Assembly: GCA_963717935.1 (NCBI GenBank)
Contig: CAVQXP010000004.1
Coordinates: 1,472,001-1,536,000, forward strand
Direction of reading: 5' to 3'
Length of the DNA stretch: 64,000 bases
From: Candidatus Eiseniibacteriota bacterium
GTDB taxonomy: Bacteria; Eisenbacteria; RBG-16-71-46
In this document: positions 50,587 through 60,781 of the stretch, piece after piece
How the letters are laid out: each line of letters starts with the position of its first letter
Position numbering within the stretch: position 1 is the stretch's first letter
Translations under genes and position numbers: made by a program
The notes under the pieces: model-generated
What the model was told of the DNA's origin: nothing
Seen by the model: the letters and a program-made list of their open reading frames with translations, nothing else
The model's database searches: none

Positions 50587-51820
50587 AGGAGGCCAGCCGG
50601 TCCGCCCGGACTACCTCGTCTTCGGCCGGCCGTTGATCGGCGAGGAAGAGATCGCCGAGATGGTGGACACGCTGCGCTCGGGCTGGATCGGGTTCGGCCC
50701 CAAGTGCCTGCGTTTCGAGGAGGCCTTCGCGCGCTACGTGGACGCGGACTACGCGGTGTCGGTGAACTCGGCCACGGCGGCCCTGCACCTCGCCCTGCTC
50801 GCGGCCGGCATCGGCCCCGGCGACGAGGTGATCACGACCCCGCTGACGTTCGTCGCCACGGCGAACGTCATCACCCACGTGGGCGCGATCCCGGTCTTCG
50901 TGGACGTGGACCCCGACACCCAGAACCTCGCTCCGGACCTGGTCGAACGAGCGGTCACGCGCCGCACCCGGGCCCTGATGCCGGTGCACATGGCGGGCTG
51001 GCCCTGCGAGATGGACGCGCTCGGCGCCCTCGCCGCGCGCCACGGGCTGACCGTGATCGAGGACGCCGCGCACGCGGCGGAGACCTGGTACCGCGGCAGC
51101 AAGGTCGGCTCGATCAGCCGTTTCACGGCCTTCAGCTTCTACGCCACGAAGAACCTCACCACCGGCGAGGGCGGGATGCTCACCACCGATGACGCGACCG
51201 TCATCGAGCGGCTGCGCGCGCTCCGGCTCCACGGTCTCGACAAGGACGCGTGGAAACGCTATTCCCCGGGCGGGTTCATGCCCTACCAGGCGCTCGAGCC
51301 CGGCTACAAGTACAACATGACCGACATGCAGGCCTCCCTCGGGCTGCACCAGCTCGCGCGGCTCGAACACTCGCTGGCGGCCCGGGAGCGGCTCTGGGCG
51401 ATCTACGACCAGGCCTTCGCCGAGGTCCCCGGGGTGCGGGTCCGTCCCCGGCTGGAGACCCTGGGCAGCCGCCACGCCCGGCATCTCTACACGCTCGAGC
51501 TCGACCTGCCGAACCTCGAGTGCGACCGGGGCCGCTTCATCAGCGCCCTGTCCGCCGAGAACATCGGCAGCGGCATCCACTTCGTGCCCGTGCACCTGCA
51601 TCAGCACTACCGCGACACCTACGGCACCCGGCGCGGCGACCACCCCCAGGCCGAGCGCATCGGCGACGCCACGCTCTCGCTCCCGCTCTCGGCGGCGATG
51701 AGCGAGGACGATGCGCGGGACGTGATCGCCGCGGTCACCAAGGTGGCGCGCCACTACGTCCGCCCGGCCGTGCACGCGGTCACCTGGGAGGCAGCCGAGG
51801 AGCTGCGCGAGGCCGCATGA
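50567..51820 (+). CDS. DegT/DnrJ/EryC1/StrS nucleotide-sugar aminotransferase
   Basis: NSATAALH, EDAAH, SFYATKN.TTGEGG, GYKYNM. Confidence 0.92.
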   Translation: MSSLACEGGQPVRPDYLVFGRPLIGEEEIAEMVDTLRSGWIGFGPKCLRFEEAFARYVDADYAVSVNSATAALHLALLAAGIGPGDEVITTPLTFVATANVITHVGAIPVFVDVDPDTQNLAPDLVERAVTRRTRALMPVHMAGWPCEMDALGALAARHGLTVIEDAAHAAETWYRGSKVGSISRFTAFSFYATKNLTTGEGGMLTTDDATVIERLRALRLHGLDKDAWKRYSPGGFMPYQALEPGYKYNMTDMQASLGLHQLARLEHSLAARERLWAIYDQAFAEVPGVRVRPRLETLGSRHARHLYTLELDLPNLECDRGRFISALSAENIGSGIHFVPVHLHQHYRDTYGTRRGDHPQAERIGDATLSLPLSAAMSEDDARDVIAAVTKVARHYVRPAVHAVTWEAAEELREAA

Positions 51821-52569
51821 GCCCGGACCGGGCCGGCGCGTGCGAGGCCGTGGCCGAGGACGCCCTCGGCCGCGTCGCGGGCGTGGACGTCGCCCCGCTT
51901 CCGCGAGCGCCGGCGCTGGCGCCCGGACGCGCGGCCGTGGGCCGCTACACGCCGGCCGGCGAGCTGGTGAAGGCCGTGAGCGATCGCGTGCTGGCGGCGC
52001 TCGGGCTGGTCCTCATCAGTCCGCTGCTCGCCCTGCTCGCCCTCGCGGTCCGGCTCGACTCGCCGGGGCCCGCCCTGTTCCGCCAGCCCCGGGTCGGCCG
52101 CGGCGGCCGGCGGTTCACCTTCTGGAAGTTCCGCGGCATGTACGTGGACGCCCGCGCACGCTTCCCGGAGCTCTACGACTACTCGTACTCGCAGACGGAG
52201 ATCCAGGAGCTGCGCTTCCACCCAGACCAGGACCCGCGCGTCACCCGGGTCGGGCGGTTCGTGCGGCGCACCAGCCTGGACGAGCTGCCCAACCTGATCA
52301 ACGTGGTGCTCGGCGACATGAGCCTGGTGGGCCCGCGGCCGGAGATCCCCGAGCTGCTGCCGTACTACGGGGACGCGGCGGCGGAGATCCTGAGCGTGCG
52401 GCCCGGCATCACGTCGCTCGCGAAGCTGGTCGGACGGGACGACCTCACCTTCGAGGAGACGCTCGCGCTCGACCGGCGCTACCTCCGCGAGCGCTCGCTG
52501 GCCCTGGACTTCCGGCTGCTGTTCGGCACCGCCCGGATGGTCCTGACCGGCCGTAGCGTGGGACACTGA
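51817..52569 (+). CDS. Small sugar (phosphoglycosyl) transferase
   Basis: [17 protein letters not shown]...[12 protein letters not shown]. Confidence 0.92.
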   Translation: MSPDRAGACEAVAEDALGRVAGVDVAPLPRAPALAPGRAAVGRYTPAGELVKAVSDRVLAALGLVLISPLLALLALAVRLDSPGPALFRQPRVGRGGRRFTFWKFRGMYVDARARFPELYDYSYSQTEIQELRFHPDQDPRVTRVGRFVRRTSLDELPNLINVVLGDMSLVGPRPEIPELLPYYGDAAAEILSVRPGITSLAKLVGRDDLTFEETLALDRRYLRERSLALDFRLLFGTARMVLTGRSVGH

Positions 52570-52676
52570 CCCGCGACGCGAAGACCCTGCGGATGGCGCG
52601 GCGGGCCAGACCGTCCCCGGCGATCGCCCGGAGCGCTGGCGGGGCCGAGACCGGCACAGACAGACGAGGAGGAAGC

Positions 52677-53360
52677 GTGGGACTTCGGGAAGACGTCGTA
52701 GGCTGGGACGTGGTGAACTGGTCCCGGGCGCTGGACTACTGGGAATCCAGGCTCGACCTCGATCCTGCCGGCCGTCGCGCATTGGAGCTTGGCTGCGGTG
52801 ACAACGGCGGCTTGTCGCTCTGGCTGGCGACGAAGGGCTACAGGGTCCTCTGCTCGGGATACCAGGGCGTCGAGGAGGCGGCTAGGGCCGCCCACAGAGC
52901 CTGCCGCGTCGAGAACCTGATCGATTACGAGACCATCGACGCGTGCGCGATCCCGTTTCGCGAGACCTTCGACCTGATCTGCTACAAGTCCGTCCTCGGT
53001 GGCATCGTGCGAGATGGTCCTCTGCAGGTCGGGCGCGACGTGATCGCCCAGGTCCTGCAGGCGCTGAAGCCGGGTGGCAAGCTGCTGTTCGCGGAGAACC
53101 TGACCTCCTCCAGGCTCCATCATGCCCTGCGGCAGAGGTGCGGCGCTGGGAGAAACCGTTGGAGATACTTCACCATCGAAGAACTGGTCGAGCTGCACGC
53201 GGGCTTCACCTCCTTCGAGTACGCGACCTTTGGATTCACGGGTTGTCTGGGACGCACCGAGAGGCAACGGAGACTGTTGGGCCGTCTCGACAGTCGTCTG
53301 CTCGATAGGGTGGTCCCGGAGAGATGGCACTACATCATGGCGGCCATCGCCACGAAGTAG
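52677..53360 (+). CDS. Class I SAM-dependent methyltransferase
   Basis: LELGCG, FDLI, LKPGG. Confidence 0.82.
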   Translation: MGLREDVVGWDVVNWSRALDYWESRLDLDPAGRRALELGCGDNGGLSLWLATKGYRVLCSGYQGVEEAARAAHRACRVENLIDYETIDACAIPFRETFDLICYKSVLGGIVRDGPLQVGRDVIAQVLQALKPGGKLLFAENLTSSRLHHALRQRCGAGRNRWRYFTIEELVELHAGFTSFEYATFGFTGCLGRTERQRRLLGRLDSRLLDRVVPERWHYIMAAIATK

Positions 53361-53434
53361 GGCATCGCGTCGCCTGCGGAGCTGATCAGGCGCGGCGCCA
53401 TCTCCTTCGAGGGGACACTCGCGCTCGACGGCGG

Positions 53435-54973
53435 CTACCAGCGCACGCGACAGCGCGTGGCGCCGAAGAAGCCGCTCGCGTCGCCGCCCTCCACGTGACC
53501 GGGTGCGCGTACGCGCGCATCGCCGGCGGTGAGGCCGAGCGTCAGGCCCGCGGCCGGCGACCAGTCGACCGAGGCCGCGATGCGCGCGTCCTGTTCGACC
53601 ACGCCGGAGAGCGCCAGCGGCGGCACCGGGCTGCCGGGGACGTGGAAGTCGCCCAGCACGGCCTCACCCCGGCGCGCCAGCGCGCCCTCGAGGGTGAAGG
53701 TCCAGTTCGCGTCCCGGTCCCACGCCAGCTGGCCGAAGAACTGCTCGGCATCGGGGCCGAGTGGATAGCCCGTCGGCAGGCCGTGGAAGACGAAGTCGTG
53801 GTGATGGTACGACGAGTAGGTGTAGCGGTAGACGCGCGAGTACTCGCCGCGCGCGCTCAGCGCGCCTCCGCCCTGCCGCCAGCGGGTGTGGACCCCGGTC
53901 TGCCAGGCGATCGAGAGCGGACGCTTCTCCGAGCTGAAGCTGATGTCGTCCACCGCGATCTCGCCATAGAGGCGCGCGCCGGGGCGCGCCCGCCACGTGA
54001 CGTCCGCGGTCCACATGACGTTGTTCTTGAAGGTCCCCTCGAGCGAGTCGGTGGGCAGGTCCGATGACTTGATCAGCCGCCTCTCGATCAGGCTGTAGGG
54101 GATCGTCGGCAGCAGGTAGAGCGGCGCGTTCGCGACGCCGTCGAAGCGCACGAGCTCGGAGAGCGCCAGGTCCAGGCTCGCGCCCGGCCGCACTTCGATC
54201 CGGTGTCCGGCGAGATAGGTCTCCGCCACCGGGTCGAGCGAGGCAAGGAACCACTCGAGCTGCAGCCGCCGGAGGAGCCGGGTGCGGAACTCGACGAAGT
54301 CGAACGCCTGCGCGCCGTCGGAGAGGCCCACGCCGCCCGTCACTCCCGGGCCCCAGCGCAGCCACGAATGCCCGAGCGTCACGGTCCCGAGCGGACCCTG
54401 GGCGCGCAGGTAGGCGCGGTCGAAGTAGGGGTTGACCTGGACGCCTTCGATGAGTCCGAAGTGCCGGCTGTCGACCGGATTGCCGTGCGGGCCCGGCGAC
54501 TTCGTCCCGGCGAACACGTCGGTGAACAGCAGCACGCTGCGGCCGAGCATCGCGGAAACCTGGACGCCCCCGCGGAAGTCACGCACGACGGAGTGACGGG
54601 CCCGGTCCTCCGCGAAGTCCGCGCGCAGGTAGGGCGAGACCTCGAGCGAGCCCTGGTCGTCCCGGACGTGGAGCATGGACTGACAGCCGCCGGGCCCCGG
54701 GGCGAGCTCGCGGCGCAGCCGGGCGACCGCCGGGTCGTCCTCCGCCTGGGGCGCGAGCGCGACGATCTCCTGCAGGAACGCGGCGAGGTCCGCACGGGTC
54801 CACGGGCGCGTCGCGTGGAACGCCGCACCGAGTCCATACGAAACCGCCACGTCCTCGAGGTCGCGGACGGTGCGCGACTCGACGGGGATCTCCTCGAGCC
54901 CGTGATATGCCGCGTGCGCCGGGAGGGCCGCGGCGAACAGCGCGACCGCGAGGGCCAGCAGGGACAACCGCAT
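53435..54973 (-). CDS. Capsule assembly Wzi-like outer-membrane protein
   Basis: Signal peptide; WGPG..GG..LSD.A, HR.E, G.PLGPD; terminal W. Confidence 0.7.
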   Translation of the reverse strand: MRLSLLALAVALFAAALPAHAAYHGLEEIPVESRTVRDLEDVAVSYGLGAAFHATRPWTRADLAAFLQEIVALAPQAEDDPAVARLRRELAPGPGGCQSMLHVRDDQGSLEVSPYLRADFAEDRARHSVVRDFRGGVQVSAMLGRSVLLFTDVFAGTKSPGPHGNPVDSRHFGLIEGVQVNPYFDRAYLRAQGPLGTVTLGHSWLRWGPGVTGGVGLSDGAQAFDFVEFRTRLLRRLQLEWFLASLDPVAETYLAGHRIEVRPGASLDLALSELVRFDGVANAPLYLLPTIPYSLIERRLIKSSDLPTDSLEGTFKNNVMWTADVTWRARPGARLYGEIAVDDISFSSEKRPLSIAWQTGVHTRWRQGGGALSARGEYSRVYRYTYSSYHHHDFVFHGLPTGYPLGPDAEQFFGQLAWDRDANWTFTLEGALARRGEAVLGDFHVPGSPVPPLALSGVVEQDARIAASVDWSPAAGLTLGLTAGDARVRAPGHVEGGDASGFFGATRCRVRW

Positions 54974-55073
54974 GGCGCGAACCATACGCGAACGACGGGG
55001 CCGCCGCCACAGCAGAGAGATGGCGCGATGCCCCCGCCGGGGGGGGCGATGGGGAGCGCGCCGCGCGGCCAGG

Positions 55074-56030
55074 CTAGATCACGATGGCGAAGGAGCCGTA
55101 TTCGTGGCTGTCGGGGTGCTCGCGGAACTCGCCGGTGGTGTACGAGAACGTGTAGCGGAAGCCGACGCTGCGCCAGCGGCTCGCGACGCCGAGCTGGGCC
55201 TCGCCCACGATGGGGACCCGCGTGACGTGCAGGCTCGGCCCGAACGTGCTGCCATCGAGGAAGAGGTTGCGCGCGACGGCGCGGCCCTCGGCGCGGGCGA
55301 AGACGTACAGGTCGAAGCGGCTGCGGGCGGAACCGGCCGCGGCGTTGCGCCACGGCCCGAAGTCGTCGGGGAGCGGCAGCCCGAGGCGCACGGTCCCGCC
55401 GGCGCCGGCCTCGGTGTGCACGTTGCCGAGCGTCACCCCCGCGTGCGGGACGAAGTCGGCATGCCGCCGGTAGCCCCACGGCCGGAGGCGCTCCTGGTAG
55501 GAGACGACGATCCCCGGCTCGCCGCGCAGCTGGTAGCGCCAGCCCTGCGGTGCGCGGACGCCGAGTTGGTGGTGCCACCAGCGCTGCACGTCCTCGGCGT
55601 ACGAAGCGGAGCCCGTGGTGCCGACCTGGAGCTCGAGGCTGCGCATCCGCCGCGCGTCGCGGCACGAGAGGGTGCCACCGGCGTAGAGCCATCCGGCATA
55701 CGGGCGGTCGCCGAGGACCAGCCCGCGCGCCGAGAGCGCGTCGGGCGTGTAGATCTCCTGCCCGAGCGAGAGTCCGAACTGACGCTCTGCCCCGCGCGCT
55801 GCGAACCCGGGCAGCCGGTCCGCGAGCCAGCGCGCTGGCGCGGGCAGCGCGTCGGGGGCACCGAAGAGATTCACGCGCATGCCCTGCGTGTAGTTCCGGT
55901 CGGTGGTCGCCGCTCCCGGGACGAAGCCGTCGGTGTCGTTGTCCCAATGGGTCTGCACTTCGGCGCCGGCGGGATCGAGCGGCAGACTGACCAGGGCGAG
56001 CAGGAGGGCGAGGCGAAGGTAGTGGCTCAT
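55074..56030 (-). CDS. LpxR-family lipid A deacylase
   Basis: DND, DR.YTQG, GQ.IYTP, DRPYAG.LY, GW..Q, RN.FLDG, T.EF. Confidence 0.82.
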   Translation of the reverse strand: MSHYLRLALLLALVSLPLDPAGAEVQTHWDNDTDGFVPGAATTDRNYTQGMRVNLFGAPDALPAPARWLADRLPGFAARGAERQFGLSLGQEIYTPDALSARGLVLGDRPYAGWLYAGGTLSCRDARRMRSLELQVGTTGSASYAEDVQRWWHHQLGVRAPQGWRYQLRGEPGIVVSYQERLRPWGYRRHADFVPHAGVTLGNVHTEAGAGGTVRLGLPLPDDFGPWRNAAAGSARSRFDLYVFARAEGRAVARNLFLDGSTFGPSLHVTRVPIVGEAQLGVASRWRSVGFRYTFSYTTGEFREHPDSHEYGSFAIVI

Positions 56031-56608
56031 GGCGTCCTGTGGTGCGGGTCCAGGTGTCCGCGCCGCGCTTTGGCGCGCCGCGGTGGGTCGTTTTCTGCTC
56101 ATTCCGATGTCATTGTCCGGCTTGGAGTTGCAGAGATACAAGAGACTTCACGTGAAGTGCGTCACCACCCACCGGCTGGGGCAGACGGCGCAGGGCCGCG
56201 AAGACGTGGAAGTACCGGCGCCGCGGCGGAATCGCCCCGCGCGGTGGGCTGGACGCCACGCGAGAGGGCGAGAAATGACCCGTCGCGGGGACCGTTGGGT
56301 CCGCTTGGAAGCTGCCCCCGCCCGGGCGCTCTGGCCGTAGGGCGCGGGAATGGCGACGTGCCGGAGGCCACCAGGTGGTGGCCCAGGTTCGGTGTCGCCG
56401 GGAACCTGAAAGTGCCGCTCGCGGTGCGCCGCGCTCGCAGCTCTCGCCGTCTTTCCGCTGCTCCGTGTCCCCCGCGGATTCGTGCCCTGTTGGAGCGAGG
56501 CGGCCCGGATGAGGTAGCATCCTCCCCGACGTGACACTGGCCGGGGCGTGTGAGCCCCCGCCGCTCCCTTCCTTGGAACCATCCTCCAGCCCAGAGCCGA
56601 GCCCTCCC

Positions 56609-58009
56609 ATGACTCCCGACACGCCTCCCATCGAGCCCACTCTGCCCTCCGATCCTGAAGAAGATGCCGCGGCCTCGGCCGAGTTCGCCCGGGCGCTCGA
56701 TGAATTCGAGCAGAGCAAGCGTTCCGCCGCGGTGGCGGCGCGTGCCGCAGCCGAGATCACCGTGGGCATGAAGGTGAAGGGCAAGGTCGTCTCGGTGGGC
56801 GAGGAACACACGCTCCTCGACTTCGGCGGCCGCAGCGAGGCCGTGGCCGAGACCCGGCACTTCCGCGCGGAGGACGGCACCCCGAGTGTCCAGCCCGGCG
56901 ACCTGATCGAGCTGTTCGTGGTGGAAGCCGGCGACCAGGTCGTGCTCGCGCCCTCGATCCGTGCCGACGCCCATGCGGTGCTGCGGCAGATGCGCGAGGC
57001 GCACGCGGCGGGCGTGCCCGTGAGCGGGCGCGTCACGGGCCTCAACTCCGGCGGGCTCGAGGTGGACCTGAGCGGCGAGCGCGCCTTCTGCCCGCTCTCG
57101 CACATCGAGTCCAGCTTCTGCGCCGACCCGTCGGTCTACGTCGGGCGCACGCTCGAGTTCCTCGTGACCTCGGTCGGCGACACGAAGGGCAGCGTGGTGC
57201 TCTCGCGCCGGCAGTTGCTGCGCCGGGGCGAGGAGGAGCAGGCGAAGAAGCTGGTGGCCTCGCTCAAGCCCGGCGACGAGCTGGATGGCACGGTGGCGCG
57301 GCTCGAGGCCTTCGGCGCGTTCGTGGACCTCGGCGGCGTGGACGGGCTGGTGCACGTCTCGGAGATCCGGCACGAGCGTGTCGGGCACCCCAGAGAGGTG
57401 CTGTGCCAGGGCGAGAAGGTGCACGTCAAGGTACTCCGCCTGGATACCGGCAAGGACGGCAGGCAACGGATCGCGCTCTCCATCAAGGCGACCGCGCCGG
57501 ACCCCTGGACCGGGATCGAGTCGCGCTACAGCGCCGGGATGCGCGTGATGGGCGTAGTCGCGCGGCTCACCGACTTCGGGGCGTTCGTCACGCTGGAGCC
57601 CGGCATCGACGGACTGGTGCATGTCTCCGAGGCCGCGCCCCAGCGCATCGCGCATGTGAAGGAAGTGCTGGCCGCCGGACAGACCATCGAGGCGGTGGTA
57701 CTGGGCGTGGACCCGGAGAAGAAGCGCGTCTCGCTCTCGATCAAGCGGACCGTCGAGGATTCGGCGCCGCCGGCCCCGGAGCGGACCCGCGAGCGGGCAC
57801 CGGAGCGGTCTCGTGAGCGGACTTCGGAGCGGCCCCGTGAGCGGGGCGCGTCCGCGCGCCCGTCCCAGTCCCGCGGGGCGCCGCAGGTGCAGCAGTTCCC
57901 GCCGCCGGCGCAACCCGGGGCGGAGCCGGAGTTGACCACGATGGCGCTCGCGCTGCGCGCGGCGATGGAGCGGGCGAAGCAGAAGCAGGAGGGCGGCGGC
58001 CGCTCGTAG
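56609..58009 (+). CDS. S1 RNA-binding domain protein (short RpsA-like)
   Basis: About four S1 repeats (FGAFVDLGGVDGLVHVSE, FGAFV.LEPGIDGLVHVSE). Confidence 0.85.
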   Translation: MTPDTPPIEPTLPSDPEEDAAASAEFARALDEFEQSKRSAAVAARAAAEITVGMKVKGKVVSVGEEHTLLDFGGRSEAVAETRHFRAEDGTPSVQPGDLIELFVVEAGDQVVLAPSIRADAHAVLRQMREAHAAGVPVSGRVTGLNSGGLEVDLSGERAFCPLSHIESSFCADPSVYVGRTLEFLVTSVGDTKGSVVLSRRQLLRRGEEEQAKKLVASLKPGDELDGTVARLEAFGAFVDLGGVDGLVHVSEIRHERVGHPREVLCQGEKVHVKVLRLDTGKDGRQRIALSIKATAPDPWTGIESRYSAGMRVMGVVARLTDFGAFVTLEPGIDGLVHVSEAAPQRIAHVKEVLAAGQTIEAVVLGVDPEKKRVSLSIKRTVEDSAPPAPERTRERAPERSRERTSERPRERGASARPSQSRGAPQVQQFPPPAQPGAEPELTTMALALRAAMERAKQKQEGGGRS

Positions 58010-58258
58010 AGGGCCGGCAGCCGCAATCCCGCGGCTCCGCTCGTCGAGCGTCGCATGCCACGCCGTCCCGCGGCCCGGCAGCCTCGTCTTGGCCTTCGTG
58101 CCGTGCTGCCCATCCTCACGGTGGGGAGCCAGGCGGCAGGCGCCGGGCCTGCGTGCGAATCGGCCCCGACTCTGCGATGATGCGGCGTCCAGAGGTCCGG
58201 TGAAACGATCGGGGCTGGCGCCCACCGTCGGCGGGCGAGCCCGGGAGGGGAGTACCAC

Positions 58259-58480
58259 ATGGCAGGGAACAAGAGACCCTCATTCCTCAAGCGGCAGAAG
58301 GAGCAGGCACGCCTCGCCCGCGCGTCCGAGAAGCGCGAAGCGCGGCGGGTGAAGAAGCACTCCAGGGGTATGGTGATCGAGGAGCTCGAAGCACCCGATT
58401 CGCTCGAAGCGCCCGACTCGCTCGAAGCGCCCGATTCGCCCGAAGAAGTCACGGAAGAGAACGGAGAGACCGCGCGCTGA
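58259..58480 (+). CDS. Small protein with basic N-terminus and acidic repeat tail
   Basis: GGGGAG RBS; 73 aa; KRQKE..R N-terminus. Confidence 0.7.
   Translation: MAGNKRPSFLKRQKEQARLARASEKREARRVKKHSRGMVIEELEAPDSLEAPDSLEAPDSPEEVTEENGETAR
58385..58438 (+). repeat. 18-bp tandem repeat x3 encoding LEAPDS
   Basis: ctcgaagc(a/g)cccga(t/c)tcg three times. Confidence 0.9.
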
Positions 58481-58542
58481 GCGGCCCCCGGGCCCCTCGC
58501 CGTCCCGCACCTCGGAATCACATCTCCAAGGAGGTCGTACCC

Positions 58543-60651
58543 ATGCGTATCTGGCTCGCCCTTGCCCTCGTCGCCCTGACCGCGCCGCCGGTCCGCGCCC
58601 AGTCGCCGGCAACGGACCCGTTGCCGGCGAATCCGCTGCTGTCCGAATGGAACACGCCTTTCGGCGTGCCACCGTTCAGCGAGATCAAGCCCGAGCACTA
58701 CCTGCCCGCCTTCAAGGTGGCCATGGCGCAGCAGATCGCCGAGGTCGAGGCCATCGCGAAGAGCCCGGCGGCGCCCACCTTCGCGAACACCATCGAGGCC
58801 CTCGAGGCTTCCGGCGGGCTGCTGGACAAGGTGGACGGGGTCTTCGGCAACCTCACCTCGGTCGAGACCAACGACGAGATGCAGGCGATCGACCGCGAGG
58901 TCTCGCCCATGCTGGCCGCGCACCAGGACGACATCCAGCTCAACGCGGCGCTCTTCCAGCGCGTCAATGCGGTGTGGGACTCGCGCGCGAAGCTCGAGCT
59001 CGCGCCCGACCAGGTCACGCTGCTCGAGGAGACCTGGAAGAGCTTCGTGCGCGGCGGGGCGCTGCTCCCGAAGGAGCAGCAGGAGCGCTTCCGCGCGATC
59101 AACGCGGAACTGGCCGGCCTCGAGGTCAAGTTCGGCGACGATGTCCTCAAGCAGACCAACTCGTACCGGCTCGTCATCGACGCGCCGGCCGATCTGGCGG
59201 GGCTCCCCGAGCGGGTCGTGGCGGGCGCGGCCGATGTCGCGAAGCAGGCCGGGCTCGAGGGCAAGTGGGTCTTCACCCTGCAGTCGCCGAGCATCTGGCC
59301 GTTCCTGCAGTACGCCGAGAATCGCGAGTTGCGCCGGCAGATCTTCGAGGCCTACATCAGCCGCTGCGACCACGGTGACGAGTTCGACAACAAGACGACG
59401 CTGGCCCGCACCGCTGCGCTGCGCGCCGAGCGGGCACAGTTGCTCGGCTACAAGACCCACGCCGACTTCGTCCTCGACCGGAACATGGCCAAGACGCCGG
59501 CCGGGGTCTACGGTCTGCTCGACCGGCTGTGGGGCCCCGCCAAGGCGGTCGCGGGCAGGGAGGCCGCGGACCTGCAGGCGGCCATCCGGGCCGACGGGAA
59601 GGACTTCACGCTCGAGCCGTGGGACTGGTGGTACTACACGGAGAAGGTGCGCATGGCGCGTTTCGACCTGGACGAGCAGGCGGTGCGCCCGTACTTCGAG
59701 CTGGACCGCGTGCGCGAGGGCGCCTTCTACGTGGCCAACCGGCTCTTCGGGGTCAGCTTCACGCCGTTGCCGGACCTCCCGGTGTACAACCCCGAGGTCA
59801 AGGCCTACGAGGTGAAGGACGCCGATGGCTCGCACCTGGCCGTCTACTACGTGGACTATCACCCGCGGGCCAGCAAGCGCGGCGGAGCCTGGTCGAACGA
59901 GTACCGCGGCACCTGGATCCGCGACGGCAAGTCGGTCCGCCCGGTCGTCGTCAACTGCGGCAACTTCTCGCGCCCGGCCGGCGATGCGCCCGCGCTGCTC
60001 TCGCTCGACGAGGTGGAGACCCTCTATCACGAGCTGGGGCACGGCCTGAACGCCATCCTTTCGAAGATACGCTACAACAGCCAGGGCAACGTGCCGCGCG
60101 ACTTCGTCGAGCTGTGCTCGCAGATCATGGAGAACTGGGCGACCGAGCCCGAGGTGCTCAAGGTCTATGCGAAGCACTACCAGACCGGCGAGGTCATCCC
60201 CGTCGAGCTGGTGAACAAGCTGAAGCAGGCCGGCAAGTTCAACCAGGGGTTCGTGACCGTCGAGTACCTGGCGGCCTCCTACCTGGACATGGACTGGCAC
60301 ACCCTGACCGAGCCGAAGGAGCAGGATGTCCTGGCGTTCGAGGACGCTTCGATGACGAAGATCGGGATGCCGAAGGAGATCGTGACCCGCTACCGCAGCC
60401 CCTACTTCCGGCACATCTTCTCGGGTGGCTACTCGTCTGGCTACTACTCCTACATCTGGTCCGAGGTGCTCTCTGCCGACGCCTTCAAGGCGTTCGAGGA
60501 GAAGGGCCTGTTCGACGGGGCCACGGCGCGCTCGTTCCGCACCAACATCATGGAGCGAGGGGCCAGCGAGGAGCCCATGACCCTGTACCGGCGCTTCCGC
60601 GGCCGGGAGCCCGCGGTCGAGCCCCTGCTGGAGAAGCGCGGGCTCAAGTAG
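58543..60651 (+). CDS. M3 family metallopeptidase (peptidyl-dipeptidase Dcp-like), exported
   Basis: Signal peptide; NPLL, KRGGAW, HELGH, DFVE..SQ..ENW, GYYSY.W. Confidence 0.92.
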   Translation: MRIWLALALVALTAPPVRAQSPATDPLPANPLLSEWNTPFGVPPFSEIKPEHYLPAFKVAMAQQIAEVEAIAKSPAAPTFANTIEALEASGGLLDKVDGVFGNLTSVETNDEMQAIDREVSPMLAAHQDDIQLNAALFQRVNAVWDSRAKLELAPDQVTLLEETWKSFVRGGALLPKEQQERFRAINAELAGLEVKFGDDVLKQTNSYRLVIDAPADLAGLPERVVAGAADVAKQAGLEGKWVFTLQSPSIWPFLQYAENRELRRQIFEAYISRCDHGDEFDNKTTLARTAALRAERAQLLGYKTHADFVLDRNMAKTPAGVYGLLDRLWGPAKAVAGREAADLQAAIRADGKDFTLEPWDWWYYTEKVRMARFDLDEQAVRPYFELDRVREGAFYVANRLFGVSFTPLPDLPVYNPEVKAYEVKDADGSHLAVYYVDYHPRASKRGGAWSNEYRGTWIRDGKSVRPVVVNCGNFSRPAGDAPALLSLDEVETLYHELGHGLNAILSKIRYNSQGNVPRDFVELCSQIMENWATEPEVLKVYAKHYQTGEVIPVELVNKLKQAGKFNQGFVTVEYLAASYLDMDWHTLTEPKEQDVLAFEDASMTKIGMPKEIVTRYRSPYFRHIFSGGYSSGYYSYIWSEVLSADAFKAFEEKGLFDGATARSFRTNIMERGASEEPMTLYRRFRGREPAVEPLLEKRGLK

Positions 60652-60781
60652 CGGGGAAGGGCGGAGAACGCGGCGGGGGCGGACGAATCCGGGTGGCCCC
60701 CGCCAGCATCTCATAGGAGTCGAACGGCCGCCGCTGGCCCGGTGGTCGCATGCCCACGTCTTCCCCCAGGGAGGAGGGCCG

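Noticed and set aside
56280..56420. GCTGCCCCCG and hairpins suggestive of a cobalamin riboswitch
   Set aside because: No GCCACTG/GCAACTG or B12-box in the proper order; flanking genes are unrelated
58385..58438. Direct repeats as a possible CRISPR array
   Set aside because: Tandem in-frame coding repeats without spacers; no cas genes
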